In this document: positions 54,410 to 64,000 of the stretch, piece after piece
Layout: every line of letters begins with the position of its first letter
Position numbering within the stretch: the stretch's first letter is position 1
Assembly: GCA_963728915.1 (NCBI GenBank)
Contig: CAVSLV010000001.1
Coordinates: 128,001-192,000, forward strand
Length of the DNA: 64,000 bases
Direction of reading: 5' to 3'
From: an uncultured Gemmatimonadales bacterium
GTDB lineage: Bacteria; Gemmatimonadota; Gemmatimonadetes; Gemmatimonadales; GWC2-71-9
Program-made: the position numbers and the translations under genes
The notes under the pieces: generated by a model
What the model was told of the DNA's origin: nothing
The model's database searches: none
What the model saw: the letters and a program-made list of their open reading frames with translations, nothing else

Positions 54410-56776
54410 TTACCGCCCCCCGATCTCCTGATCCACCTTCTTGGCGATCGAGTCCGCCTTGTTGGCGAAGGCGGAATCGCCGTGCTGCCGCATCGCCTCG
54501 GCGGCGAGCCCGTACACGATCGAATAGAGCCGGAGAATCGAGGCGGACGGGGGGTCCACCCAGCCTCGGGGGCGGTCCCGGGTGGCGCTCTCCCAGTGGT
54601 AGCTCTGGAGCAGCGCCTTGGTCCGCGGAATATCGGTGAACCCGAGCGTGGTAAACTCGATGGGACCGCCCTCCGCTACCGGTTCGGTGTGGAGTTTCCG
54701 CACCAGCCCCTGGGACACGAGGTACTGGGTGAGGCCCAGGGTCTCGTCCGGGTAGTTGGCGTCGCTCCAGGAGAAGTAGATCGGCCGCTTGCCGAGGTTG
54801 TCGCGGATCAGGAAGATGACCGCGAGGTCCTTCTTCTCGACGTATTCGGTGCCGAACTTGATCTCGATGTTCCCCACCTTGAACGTGCTCCCCTTCTTGA
54901 CCGAGGAAACCTCGGGGAGGCTGTCGAGCTGGGGCAGGGTCAGGGCAAAGGGTGGCGTGGTCGGGCGGGTCCAGCCTCCGGAAGGGATGCCCAGGCGCAC
55001 CGCCGACGTGTCGCTGCGGGGCTTCCACAGGTCGATCGACCGGGCGGGGTTGAACTCCGGGGTGGGCCGCCGCTCGATCTGGCGGAGGTGCCAGTCGGTA
55101 TTGGCGAGCGACAGGTTGACCAGAGTGACGTCGGTCCGCACCCCTTCCACTTCCTGGGCGAACCAGAGCGGGAAGGTGTCGTTGTCTCCCGCGGTGATCA
55201 GGATGCCGTAGGGCTCGACCGACTGGAGCAGGTCGACCGCGAAGTCGAAGGCGACCGATTCGTGGGCCCGGCTCGCGGTGAGCCGGTTCCCGAACAGCGG
55301 CACCACCGCCAGCGCGAAGATGGGGATCGCGGCGAGCCGGGTCCGGAACTGGCGCACCGCCTCGACCGCCGCGGCGCCTAACCCGGCGGCGACCAGGGTG
55401 CCGAAGAACGCGAACGACCCGACGAAGAAGTAGTCCCGCTCGCGCACCTCCCGCATGGTGTTCGCGTCGATGTCGGCCCGGCCCGGATGCATCGAAAAGC
55501 CGTACTTGAAATTCAGATAGAAGACCAGCGCGATCGTCAGGGTGAAGAGCATCGCCGCCGCGGCGATGCCCGCCCGCCGGTCCCGCTTGAACAGGGTCCA
55601 GAGCCCGGACAGGCCGGTCACCGCGAAGAGCGCGGTGAAGAAGCCCCGCAGCGCATCGGGCCAGTCACGGGCAAATTGCCAGCTGAAGTACTGCCAGTAG
55701 TTGCCGAGCTGAGAGAGGAACAGCCCGAAGTCGCGGGGTTCCGTGTAGGGGTACCACGGCTTGACGAACATCGAGGGCTTCTGGTACTGCACCCGGTTGA
55801 GCACGTCCATCAGGGCCTGGCTGAAGAACCCGACCGGCTCCCCCTCATTGATCGGGGGGAACTGGCCCGCACGGATCGGCAGAAACACGTAGTTGAGCGA
55901 GACCCCGACCAGGACCGCGAGTATCCCGAGATAGAACAGCGGATTCTTCCAGTCCTTGAGGGCGCCCCACCCGAGCAATCCGAGCGTGATCACGATCACG
56001 AGGATCGAGCCGGTGGAGAGCCCGCCCGGTACCGATCCCGCCGGGCCGAACAGCCACGCCAGGGTTTCCTGCCAGACCCCGCTCACTCCCAGGAAGAGGA
56101 ACCAGCCCATGGTCATCGCCCAGGGCCGCGTGACGATCCGCCAGTCGGTCCAGAGGACGTAGACCGCGAGCGCCGGCGCGGCCAGCACCCCCATCATGTG
56201 ATTGGTCGAATTGAGCGCGATGACGTACGCAATCAGGACCAGCCAGCGGTCCCGGTGGGCGCCGGCCTTGTCGTCCCCCCAGTGCACCGCCAGCCAGGTC
56301 GCCAGCGCCATCCAGAAGAGCGAAACCGTGTACACCTTCTCATTCACGGTGGACTGGTTCCACACCGTCCAGGAGAAGGCCCCCACCAGCACGCCGGCGG
56401 CCGCAGCGCCCAGGCGAAGGGCGCGGTCCGGCACCAGGTTGCGGAGCCACCGTTCCGCCACCAGGAACCAGAACCCCGCGGCCAGCGCGCTGGTGACCGC
56501 GGCGAACAGGTTGATGCGCACCGCGTAGGACGCGGCGAGGGGAAGCAGGCCGAAGACGTGGGCGAGGACGACGAACAGCGGATTCCCCGGTGGGTGCGGG
56601 ATCCCCAGCGTCCTGGCCGCGGCAATGTATTCGGAGGTGTCCCAGAAGGCGGTGGTGGGCGCCAGGGTCAGGAGATACACCACGAACACCAGGACCGCGG
56701 TGAGCGCGGCAAACCCATAGGGAGGAGCGGTCCGCTCCGGCGCCATCGTCTGTGGTGGATTGGGAGTACTGGTCAC
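54410..56776 (-). CDS. DUF2723 membrane protein (TMEM260-like GT-C glycosyltransferase)
   Basis: TLAPT..FWD..EYI, LGIPHPPG.PLF, EVRERDYFF, GDNDTFPLW. Confidence 0.88.
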   Translation of the reverse strand: MTSTPNPPQTMAPERTAPPYGFAALTAVLVFVVYLLTLAPTTAFWDTSEYIAAARTLGIPHPPGNPLFVVLAHVFGLLPLAASYAVRINLFAAVTSALAAGFWFLVAERWLRNLVPDRALRLGAAAAGVLVGAFSWTVWNQSTVNEKVYTVSLFWMALATWLAVHWGDDKAGAHRDRWLVLIAYVIALNSTNHMMGVLAAPALAVYVLWTDWRIVTRPWAMTMGWFLFLGVSGVWQETLAWLFGPAGSVPGGLSTGSILVIVITLGLLGWGALKDWKNPLFYLGILAVLVGVSLNYVFLPIRAGQFPPINEGEPVGFFSQALMDVLNRVQYQKPSMFVKPWYPYTEPRDFGLFLSQLGNYWQYFSWQFARDWPDALRGFFTALFAVTGLSGLWTLFKRDRRAGIAAAAMLFTLTIALVFYLNFKYGFSMHPGRADIDANTMREVRERDYFFVGSFAFFGTLVAAGLGAAAVEAVRQFRTRLAAIPIFALAVVPLFGNRLTASRAHESVAFDFAVDLLQSVEPYGILITAGDNDTFPLWFAQEVEGVRTDVTLVNLSLANTDWHLRQIERRPTPEFNPARSIDLWKPRSDTSAVRLGIPSGGWTRPTTPPFALTLPQLDSLPEVSSVKKGSTFKVGNIEIKFGTEYVEKKDLAVIFLIRDNLGKRPIYFSWSDANYPDETLGLTQYLVSQGLVRKLHTEPVAEGGPIEFTTLGFTDIPRTKALLQSYHWESATRDRPRGWVDPPSASILRLYSIVYGLAAEAMRQHGDSAFANKADSIAKKVDQEIGGR

Positions 56777-56809
56777 CGGTCACCGCTCACTGGTTGCGGG
56801 TCGCTGGCT
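56768..56809. repeat. Degenerate tandem repeat, 6 x 7 bp
   Basis: actggtc accggtc accgctc actggtt gcgggtc gctggct, spanning the purH stop and DUF2723 start. Confidence 0.7.
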
Positions 56810-58337
56810 AGTGCCGGAACATCCGGCGGCCGGTCATCACCATGGCGATCCCCGATCGATTGGCCGCCGCGACGACCTCGGCGTCGCGCACCGAGCCGCC
56901 CGGCTGGATGATCGCACTGACCCCGGCCCGGGCGGCTTCTTCCACCCCATCGGGGAAGGGAAAAAATCCGTCGGAAGCGAGACTGGTCCCTTCGATACGG
57001 TGCTGCTGCTGGCGAGCCTTGTGGATGGCGAGGAAGACCGCATCTACCCGGCTCATCTGACCCGCTCCGATGCCGATCGACTGCTCATCCCGCACCAGGA
57101 TGATGGCGTTGGACTTGATTGAGGCGACCGCCGCCCAGGCGAACCGCAGGTCGTTCCATTCCTCCGGAGTCGGGGCGCGAGTCGTCGTCACCTTCCAGCC
57201 CTCCTCCGATGGATCGAAGGTAAATCGATCCTGGACCAGGAACCCGCCCCGGACGCTCTTCCAATCCAGGGACCCGGCCGGAACCCCGATCGGAAGCTCG
57301 ATGACCCGGAGGTTCTTCTTCTCGCGAAAGACCTCGACGGCGTCATCGGTGACGGAAGGCGCCACCACCACCTCGACGAACAGGTCCCGCAGAGACTCCG
57401 CCATCTCCCGATCGATGACGGTATTGCAGGCCACGACTCCACCGAACGCCGACACCGGGTCGGTCGCCCGGGCGCGGGTGAGCGCCTCGAGGGCGGTGCG
57501 TCCCACCGCGATGCCGCAGGGCGTGGTGTGTTTGATGATGGCGCAGGCGGGCCGATTCGACCAGGCGGCGACCGCCGCCGCCGCGGCGTCGATGTCGAGC
57601 AGATTGTTGAAGGAGATCTCCTTGCCATGGCGCTGCTTCATGTCCCGGATCCCGCGGGGCTCTTCGGTCGCATAGAGGGCCGCCCGCTGGGCCGGGTTCT
57701 CGCCGTACCGGAGCTCCTGCATGCGCTCGACCGACAGGTTGATGCGGGGTGGCAAACCCTCTTCCGGTACCGTCAGGTATCCGGCCACCGCCGTATCGTA
57801 CTCCGCGGTGTGCCCGAAGACCTTGGCGGCCAGCCCGCGGCGGCACTCCTCGGGGAGGTCTCCCTTTCGCAGCTCCACCAGCACCCAGTGATAATCGGTG
57901 GGATCGACGATCGGGATGACGTGTTCGTAGTTCTTGGCCGCTGCGCGAAGGATGCTGGGACCGCCGATATCGATATTCTCGATCGCATCCTCGAGGGTGG
58001 CCGAGGGCTCGGCGATGGTGGCGCGGAAGGGGTAGAGGTTCACCGCGACGAGCTGGAACCGGGCGATCTTGTGGGTCTCCAACTCCCGCATGTGGCCGGG
58101 AATGTCGGGCCGGGCGAGCAGGCCCGCGTGGATGGCCGGATGCAGGGTCTTCACCCTTCCATCCAGAATTTCCGGAAACCCCGTGACTTGCTCCACCGCC
58201 ATCACCTCGACCCCGGCCTTGCGGAGCGAAGCGGCGGTGCCTCCGGTCGAAACGAGCTCCCAGCCGAGTCCGGCCAGTCCCCTGGCGAACTCGACGATGC
58301 CGCGCTTGTCGCTGACGGAGATGAGGGCTCGGGGCAC
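56808..58337 (-). CDS. purH: Bifunctional AICAR formyltransferase/IMP cyclohydrolase
   Basis: [47 protein letters not shown]. Confidence 0.98.
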   Translation of the reverse strand: MPRALISVSDKRGIVEFARGLAGLGWELVSTGGTAASLRKAGVEVMAVEQVTGFPEILDGRVKTLHPAIHAGLLARPDIPGHMRELETHKIARFQLVAVNLYPFRATIAEPSATLEDAIENIDIGGPSILRAAAKNYEHVIPIVDPTDYHWVLVELRKGDLPEECRRGLAAKVFGHTAEYDTAVAGYLTVPEEGLPPRINLSVERMQELRYGENPAQRAALYATEEPRGIRDMKQRHGKEISFNNLLDIDAAAAAVAAWSNRPACAIIKHTTPCGIAVGRTALEALTRARATDPVSAFGGVVACNTVIDREMAESLRDLFVEVVVAPSVTDDAVEVFREKKNLRVIELPIGVPAGSLDWKSVRGGFLVQDRFTFDPSEEGWKVTTTRAPTPEEWNDLRFAWAAVASIKSNAIILVRDEQSIGIGAGQMSRVDAVFLAIHKARQQQHRIEGTSLASDGFFPFPDGVEEAARAGVSAIIQPGGSVRDAEVVAAANRSGIAMVMTGRRMFRH

Positions 58338-58367
58338 GTCGACCGGTGGTGGAGGTTCGGAATCCGG

Positions 58368-58988
58368 TTAGGAGGCCGCCCGAGTGGCGGTGTCTTCCTC
58401 GATCCCGTAGGGAACCGGCCGGCCGGCGCGGGCTGCGGTCAGCACCGCTCTAGGCAGGAGCCGGTGTTCGGCTTGCAACACCCGGGCGGCCAGGATTTCC
58501 GGCGTGTCGCCCGGCAACACCGGCACCGACGCCTGAGCGAGAATCTCTCCCCGGTCATACTCCTCGTCCACCAGGTGCACGGTGGCTCCGGTCGAGCGAT
58601 CCCCCGCGGCGAGCACCGATTCATGCACCCGGCGGCCATACATGCCGGGTCCTCCGTGGCGGGGAAGCAACGCCGGATGAATGTTGATCATGCGCCCCTT
58701 CCATTCCCGGACGATCGCAGGTGGGACCAGCTTGAGGTAACCGGCGAGCACGACCAGAGAGATGCCCACACGGGTGAGCGCCTCTCGCCATTCCGTCTCA
58801 TCCGCGGGGTCCACGAGCACATGGGTGGTGATTCCATGCGCCCTGGCGACCTCGAGGGCACCGGCCCGGCTGGAGCTGCTGAGAACCAGGGCGATCTTCG
58901 CTGGGGCATCCGGACGATCGAGGGCCTCGAGCAACGCGGCCAGGTTACTGCCCCGTCCAGAAACCGCGACCCCAACCCGCATAATCAT
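58368..58988 (-). CDS. purN: Phosphoribosylglycinamide formyltransferase
   Basis: SGRGSNL, LAGYLK, INIHPALLP, GATVH.V..EYD.G. Confidence 0.96.
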   Translation of the reverse strand: MIMRVGVAVSGRGSNLAALLEALDRPDAPAKIALVLSSSSRAGALEVARAHGITTHVLVDPADETEWREALTRVGISLVVLAGYLKLVPPAIVREWKGRMINIHPALLPRHGGPGMYGRRVHESVLAAGDRSTGATVHLVDEEYDRGEILAQASVPVLPGDTPEILAARVLQAEHRLLPRAVLTAARAGRPVPYGIEEDTATRAAS

Positions 58989-59007
58989 GCGGCCGAAGTA
59001 TAATGTG

Positions 59008-60375
59008 CTACTCCCGGGTGAGCGCCTCCACCACCGCGGTTGCAATGACCGGAAAAGCCGCCTCGGGAAGGGTTCGCGGGTCGAGAACGACCCGGCCGTC
59101 GTCGATCCGCGCGATCACGGGGGGATTCCCGAGCCGGAGCCGGAGCGCCAGGCCTGACGCTCCCTGCGAGGCCGGATCGATCGCGACCAGCGTGGTGGGA
59201 AGAATCGCCTCTGGAAACGCGCCTCCACCCACTGCCGACGAACCCGGGATCAGGGCCGGGCTCGAAGGAGCCCCAGCGGCGATCAACGCCCCGGCCAGGG
59301 CCGCCGCCCTGCGCTCGAGCTCATCTCTTTCCATCGTCAACATCCGAAGCACCGGGATCTCGGCCCGGGCCTGGTCGGGATTCCGGTAGAGGGCCAGAGT
59401 CGGCTCCAGCGCGGCCAGGGTCAGCTTGTCGGCGCGAACCGCGCGCGCAAGCGGGTTACGCTCTGCCGCCTCGACCAGCACCCGCCGGCCGGTCAGGCAT
59501 CCTGCCTGGGGGCCGCCCAGGAGCTTGTCCCCGCTGAATACCACGAGATCGGCCCCCGAGGCCACCGCGTCAGCCACCCGGGGCTCACCCCGGAGACCCC
59601 AGGGCGACAGATCGAGCAGGAGTCCGCTCCCGATGTCGTAGAGGTAGGGAATGCCGGCTTCCCGAGCCAGCCGGGCCAGCTCGACCGGGTCGGGCGTGGT
59701 CACGAAACCGGTCTGGCGAAAATTGGAGCGATGAACGGTGAGAATCGCCCCCGCGCCGGAGCCCAGCATGGCGCGATAGTCTTCCAGGCGGGTACGGTTG
59801 GTCGTGCCAACCTCCACCAGTTGGGCTCCGCTTCGTTCCAGCACCTCCGGGATCCGGAATGACCCGCCGATTTCGATCAGCTCGCCCCGGGAAATGAGGA
59901 CGTCCTTGCCCCGGGCCAGCGTGTTGAGCGCGAGCAGGAGCGCCCCCGCCGCGTTGTTGACCACCAAACCGGCTTCGGTGCCGGCCAGCTCGGCGAGCAG
60001 CGACCCGCAGTGGTCGGAACGGCTCCCCCGGCTTCCGGTGGCCAGGTCGAGCTCGAGGGTACTGTAGCCGGCGGCGACCGCCGCGACCCCCGCGAGCGCC
60101 GCGTCGGCCAGGGGGGCCCGGCCGAGGTTGGTGTGGAGCACCACGCCGGTGGCGTTCCAGACCGGCTGGAGGGAAGGAGAGAGGTGCTGCCTAACCCGCT
60201 CCGCGATCGCCGCGCCCCAGTCCTCCGGCGCCGCGCCTCCGGCGCGCACCCGTTCGAGCGTTTCCCGCGCCGCGCTGACCACCAGATTCCGGCTGCCCAG
60301 GGCGAGCAGCGCCTTGAGGGGCGCCTCCTCCAGGAGGCGCGCCACCGAGGGAAGCGCCCGGCGGGGGTCACTCAT
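59008..60375 (-). CDS. selA: L-seryl-tRNA(Sec) selenium transferase
   Basis: NATGVVLHTNLGRAPL, VVNNAAGA, SRGELIEIGGSFRIP, VGTTNRT, FSGDKLLGGPQAG. Confidence 0.95.
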   Translation of the reverse strand: MSDPRRALPSVARLLEEAPLKALLALGSRNLVVSAARETLERVRAGGAAPEDWGAAIAERVRQHLSPSLQPVWNATGVVLHTNLGRAPLADAALAGVAAVAAGYSTLELDLATGSRGSRSDHCGSLLAELAGTEAGLVVNNAAGALLLALNTLARGKDVLISRGELIEIGGSFRIPEVLERSGAQLVEVGTTNRTRLEDYRAMLGSGAGAILTVHRSNFRQTGFVTTPDPVELARLAREAGIPYLYDIGSGLLLDLSPWGLRGEPRVADAVASGADLVVFSGDKLLGGPQAGCLTGRRVLVEAAERNPLARAVRADKLTLAALEPTLALYRNPDQARAEIPVLRMLTMERDELERRAAALAGALIAAGAPSSPALIPGSSAVGGGAFPEAILPTTLVAIDPASQGASGLALRLRLGNPPVIARIDDGRVVLDPRTLPEAAFPVIATAVVEALTRE

Positions 60376-61761
60376 GCCGGGGATGCTCGATCGGCCGGAC
60401 CCGACTGGTGTCCTTGGGCGCTGGAGGTGCCTTTGCCGCCTCGGGGACAACCACGACGGCGCGGCCCTCGCTCTTCACCCGGGTCATGTTCTCGATTCCC
60501 CGCACGATCACCACGTAGCGTCCTCCGGGGTGCAGCTGCTCGCCCAGCCGGATCAACAGCCGGTCGTACAGCGCGGGCCGACTGGTCAGCGGGCCCAGTC
60601 CGGCCGTGTCGAGGCGGGCCGGCTCAAGGGGGGCAGCGCCAGGGATCCGGATCGCCGCGGCCGCACGAGCCCGGGCCATGGAATCGGCGCGCAGGCTGTC
60701 GACTCTGGCCCGGGCGATCGAATCGGCGCGGATGCTGTCCGCCTTCGCCCTGCCTGCGGGGGTGGTGTCGACCACCCGTCGCGGCCGGAAGAGCGTGTCG
60801 AACGCAGCCTGGGTATGGATCCCCGCCACCGGGACCGGGACCGAGTCGGGAAGGAGCAGAACCCGGACCGAGTCGGCCGGGATGACCTGGTAAGGGTTGA
60901 GCTGCTGCGAAAAGGTCACGCCGATGGTGAGCGAGTCGCGGGCGGCGGTCGAAGCGATCCGGGTCGCGGTCGTGTCGTGCCGGAACGCCCACAGCTCTCC
61001 GACGCTGTCGCGACCGGCGGTCACCCGGAGCGTGTCGAAGTCTTCCCGCGGCTCCCACCGGAAATCGTGGTTCTGATCGATCACCCCGAACACGAGGTAC
61101 TCTCCCGCGGGAATCGGGCCGAGCGAGAAGTGGCCGCTGGAGTCGGCCACCGTCCGATACGGCAGGCTGTCGGGCATGAGCACCGCTTCCACCAGCCCCT
61201 GCGGCGCGGGACGCCGGTTGGACCAGGAAATCACCCGGCCACTCAGGGTGCTGGTCGGGACAGGGCCGCCGGTCGCGAAGGTGACCACCGCGCCATGCTC
61301 GCTCCGGTTGGAGGACAGGTCCACCACGCCGGGGAGCAGCTCCACCCGGTAGACCGTGTTAGGCTTCCAGCCTTCCCGCGGGCGCACCGCGATCCGGTCC
61401 CGCCGCCACCGGACCGTCGGGACCGCCAGGGACGGGGAGAGCACGACCAGCTTCTCGAGATCGCCGGTGCCCAGGCCGAAGTTGGGGGAGTTGCCTTCGG
61501 CGATGGTTTCGTCGAATTGGAACACCACATTGTCGTCGAAGTCCGGAAGAGAAACCACCGAGTCGGGCAGGACGGCGATGATCTGGGGAGGGTGACGATC
61601 GAGGGGGCCGCCGGGCGGGGCCATGACGCGAGCGCATGACAGCGTGGTCAGAGTGGTCAGAGTGGTCAGTGAGTGGTCAGAGAGGTCAGGGTGGTCAGAG
61701 AGGTCAGACCCCTCCGTCCCCCCTGACCTCTCCGACCCCTCCGACCCCTCCGAGCTAGCAT
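60368..61761 (-). CDS. Ig-like (Big_5) domain lipoprotein; signal-peptide region frameshifted near 61670
   Basis: LSC-ARVMAPPGGPLDRHPP N-terminus, FQFDE. The only nearby start (ATG 61761) is out of frame by one base. Confidence 0.7.
61643..61752. repeat. Two mutually inverted 9-bp tandem arrays
   Basis: Minus strand: about 5 x CGGAGGGGT-like, then 7 x CTGACCACT-like. Confidence 0.88.
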
Positions 61762-64000
61762 CCCAACCCTCGCCGCTTCTCCTGTAATACCGCCACCTGT
61801 TCCTGCCAGCTCGCCAGCTTGTCCCGCTCCCGCTGTACCACCTCGGCGGGCGCCCGGGTCACGAAGTCCTGATTCGCCAGCCTGGCTTCCTGTCTGCGAA
61901 TCACTTCGCCGAGCCGGCCGGCTTCCTGCTCGAGGCGGGCACACTCCTTTCCCAGGTCCACCATGTCGCCCAGGGGAATCGCCACCGAGGACCCATCGCT
62001 CAGCACCGCACTGGCGGTTCCCGTGCCGGCATCCGCATTGGATCGTTCCAGGCTCGCCAGTTTGCCCAGGCGCCGGACCGCGGCCGCTTCGCTCTCCAGC
62101 ACGGCACGCATATCGGGGCCGGAGCCCGCGACGGTAACCCGCACGGTTTGACCCGGCGGCACCCCGTACTCGGCGCGAATGGAGCGGATGGCGTTCACCA
62201 GCTCCTGGAACGCGGCGAATCGCCGGAGCGTTTCGGGACTCACCGCGCGGGAATCCGGGCCCGGCCAGGAGGCCAGCATCAGTGAAGGCCAGGGGGCGCC
62301 GCCCCGGCCGCCGGGCAGAGTCGCATCGAGCAAGGCGCGCCACAGAGTCTCGGTGATGAACGGCATCACCGGGTGGAGCAGGCGAAGGGCGGTTTCAAAG
62401 GCCCGGGTGATGACCCCGCGCGCCACGTCGCCACCGGGCAGCTCGCCGTAGAGCCTCGGCTTGATCGTCTCGACATACCAGTCGGCGAGGTCGCTCCAGA
62501 GAAAACGGTGGATCGCGAGAGCGGCGTCGTTGAGCCGGAATCGTTCGTAGGCGAGGGTGGCTTCCCGTACCGTCTCCTCGCAGCGAGCCAGGATCCAGCG
62601 ATCGGCGAGCGTCAGCTCGTCGATGACGATCCGCTGCCCGGCTTTGCCGGTGAGGGGCCGCACCGGGCCGTCGAGGTGGGACAGGATCAACCGGCCCAGG
62701 TTCCACAGTTTGTTCGCGAAGTTCCGGCCCGGCCCGAAGGTCGCTTCGATGTCGCTGGGATCGAGGATGAGGTCGGTCCCGACCGCGAGCCCCGACACGA
62801 CGGTGTAGCGCAGGGCGTCCGCTCCGTATCGGGCGATCACATCGAGCGGGTCGATCCCGTTGCCGAGCGATTTGGACATCTTGCGGTGCTGGGTGTCGCG
62901 CACCGTGCCGTGCAGGTAGACGGTGTGGAAGGGGAGGTCCTCCATGAACTCGAGGCCCGACATCACCATTCTCGCCACCCAGAAAAAGAGGATTTCCGGG
63001 GCGGTGACCAGCACGTCGCCCGGATAGTATCTGGCGAGATCCGGGGTACGATCGGGCCAGCCCAGGCTCGAGAACGGGACCAGCTGGCTGGAGAACCAGG
63101 TGTCGAGCACGTCCTCGTCCTGACGGACCGGCCCGCCGCAGTCCGGGCAGCGATCCAGGTCGGTCCGGCTCGCGATGGCCCGATCGCAGCGATCGCAGTA
63201 CCAGACCGGGATCCGGTGTCCCCACCAGAGCTGCCGGGAGATGCACCAGTCACGGATGTTCTCCATCCACTGGCCATACTCCACGCCGCGGTGCTCCGGA
63301 ATGAAACGGAGCCGGCCGTCGCGGTACGCCTGGAGTGACGGCCGGGCCAGAGGGGCCATCTTCACGAACCACTGATCCGACAGCCTTGGCTCGACCACGG
63401 TGTCGCAACGATAGCAGCGGCCCACCGCGTGGGTGTGGGACTCGGTTTTCTCGAGGAGGCCCAGGGCGGTGAGCTCGTCGACCACCCGGCGGCGCGCCTC
63501 GAACCGGTCCAGTCCGCGGAACCGTTCGGGCACGGCCTCGTTCATGGTGGCCCGGTCGGTCATGACGTCGAGGGAGGGAAGCCCCTGACGCTTTCCGATC
63601 TCGAAGTCGAGGGGATCGTGCGCCGGGGTCACCTTGACCGCGCCGGTGCCGAATTTGGGGTCCACTGCGGCATCCGCGACGATGGGGATGCGGCGATCGG
63701 CGAGGGGAAGCAGCACCTCCTGACCGGTCAGGTCGCGATACCGTCCATCCTCGGGGTGGACCGCCACCGCGGTGTCGCCCAGCATGGTCTCCGGGCGAGT
63801 GGTGGCGACCACGATGTGGCGGGAGGGATCCTCCGCGAGGGGATAGCGGATCCGCCAGATCTTTCCCTCGGTCTCCTGCCGCTCGACTTCCTCGTTGGAC
63901 AGGGCGGTGAGGCAACGGGGGCACCAGTTGATGATGTACTTGCCGCGATAGATCAGACCTTTCTCGAACAGGGTGACGAACACCTCCCGCACCGCACGGG
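61755..64000 (-). CDS. valS: Valine--tRNA ligase (5' end outside the window)
   Basis: ATTRPETMLGDTAV, GTGAVKVTPAHD, DWCISRQLWWGHRIP, KMSKSLGN, C-terminal coiled coil. Confidence 0.98.
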   Translation of the reverse strand, partial: RAVREVFVTLFEKGLIYRGKYIINWCPRCLTALSNEEVERQETEGKIWRIRYPLAEDPSRHIVVATTRPETMLGDTAVAVHPEDGRYRDLTGQEVLLPLADRRIPIVADAAVDPKFGTGAVKVTPAHDPLDFEIGKRQGLPSLDVMTDRATMNEAVPERFRGLDRFEARRRVVDELTALGLLEKTESHTHAVGRCYRCDTVVEPRLSDQWFVKMAPLARPSLQAYRDGRLRFIPEHRGVEYGQWMENIRDWCISRQLWWGHRIPVWYCDRCDRAIASRTDLDRCPDCGGPVRQDEDVLDTWFSSQLVPFSSLGWPDRTPDLARYYPGDVLVTAPEILFFWVARMVMSGLEFMEDLPFHTVYLHGTVRDTQHRKMSKSLGNGIDPLDVIARYGADALRYTVVSGLAVGTDLILDPSDIEATFGPGRNFANKLWNLGRLILSHLDGPVRPLTGKAGQRIVIDELTLADRWILARCEETVREATLAYERFRLNDAALAIHRFLWSDLADWYVETIKPRLYGELPGGDVARGVITRAFETALRLLHPVMPFITETLWRALLDATLPGGRGGAPWPSLMLASWPGPDSRAVSPETLRRFAAFQELVNAIRSIRAEYGVPPGQTVRVTVAGSGPDMRAVLESEAAAVRRLGKLASLERSNADAGTGTASAVLSDGSSVAIPLGDMVDLGKECARLEQEAGRLGEVIRRQEARLANQDFVTRAPAEVVQRERDKLASWQEQVAVLQEKRRGLGC

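Noticed and set aside
61643..61752. Possible CRISPR array
   Set aside because: Contiguous 9-bp units with no unique spacers, and no cas genes in the window.

Overview
High-GC bacterial chromosome segment. Gene content and order suggest Gemmatimonadota (inference). It is mostly housekeeping: smc, rsfS, rpsF-rpsR-DUF2232-rplI, ychF-pth-rplY-prs, ispE, pdxJ, mce, trxA, rsmI, a DinG helicase, gltX, purH, purN, selA and valS, plus tRNA-Gln(TTG), tRNA-Ser(GCT), tRNA-Ser(TGA) and one IS630 element with a frameshifted transposase. The most notable signal is a probable RiPP-like peptide-modification system. A 38-aa ORF missed by the ORF track (21643-21759) has its own sigma70-type promoter, RBS and terminator and carries a lasso-type leader motif. 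About 2-6 kb away lies a cassette (23968-28162) encoding a PqqD/RRE protein whose C-terminal tail mimics the same leader motif, an S24/S26-type peptidase, an HprK-like kinase broken at a G8 tract and two GT4 glycosyltransferases. No lasso cyclase or transglutaminase-like protease is present in the window. Other oddities are dispersed 7-9 bp tandem-repeat arrays at gene junctions (one appears to build a lipoprotein signal peptide), a long intergenic hairpin, probable CTG start codons and a JAB-DinG fusion. The three single-base frameshifts could be assembly errors. All calls come from reading the sequence; no database searches were run.
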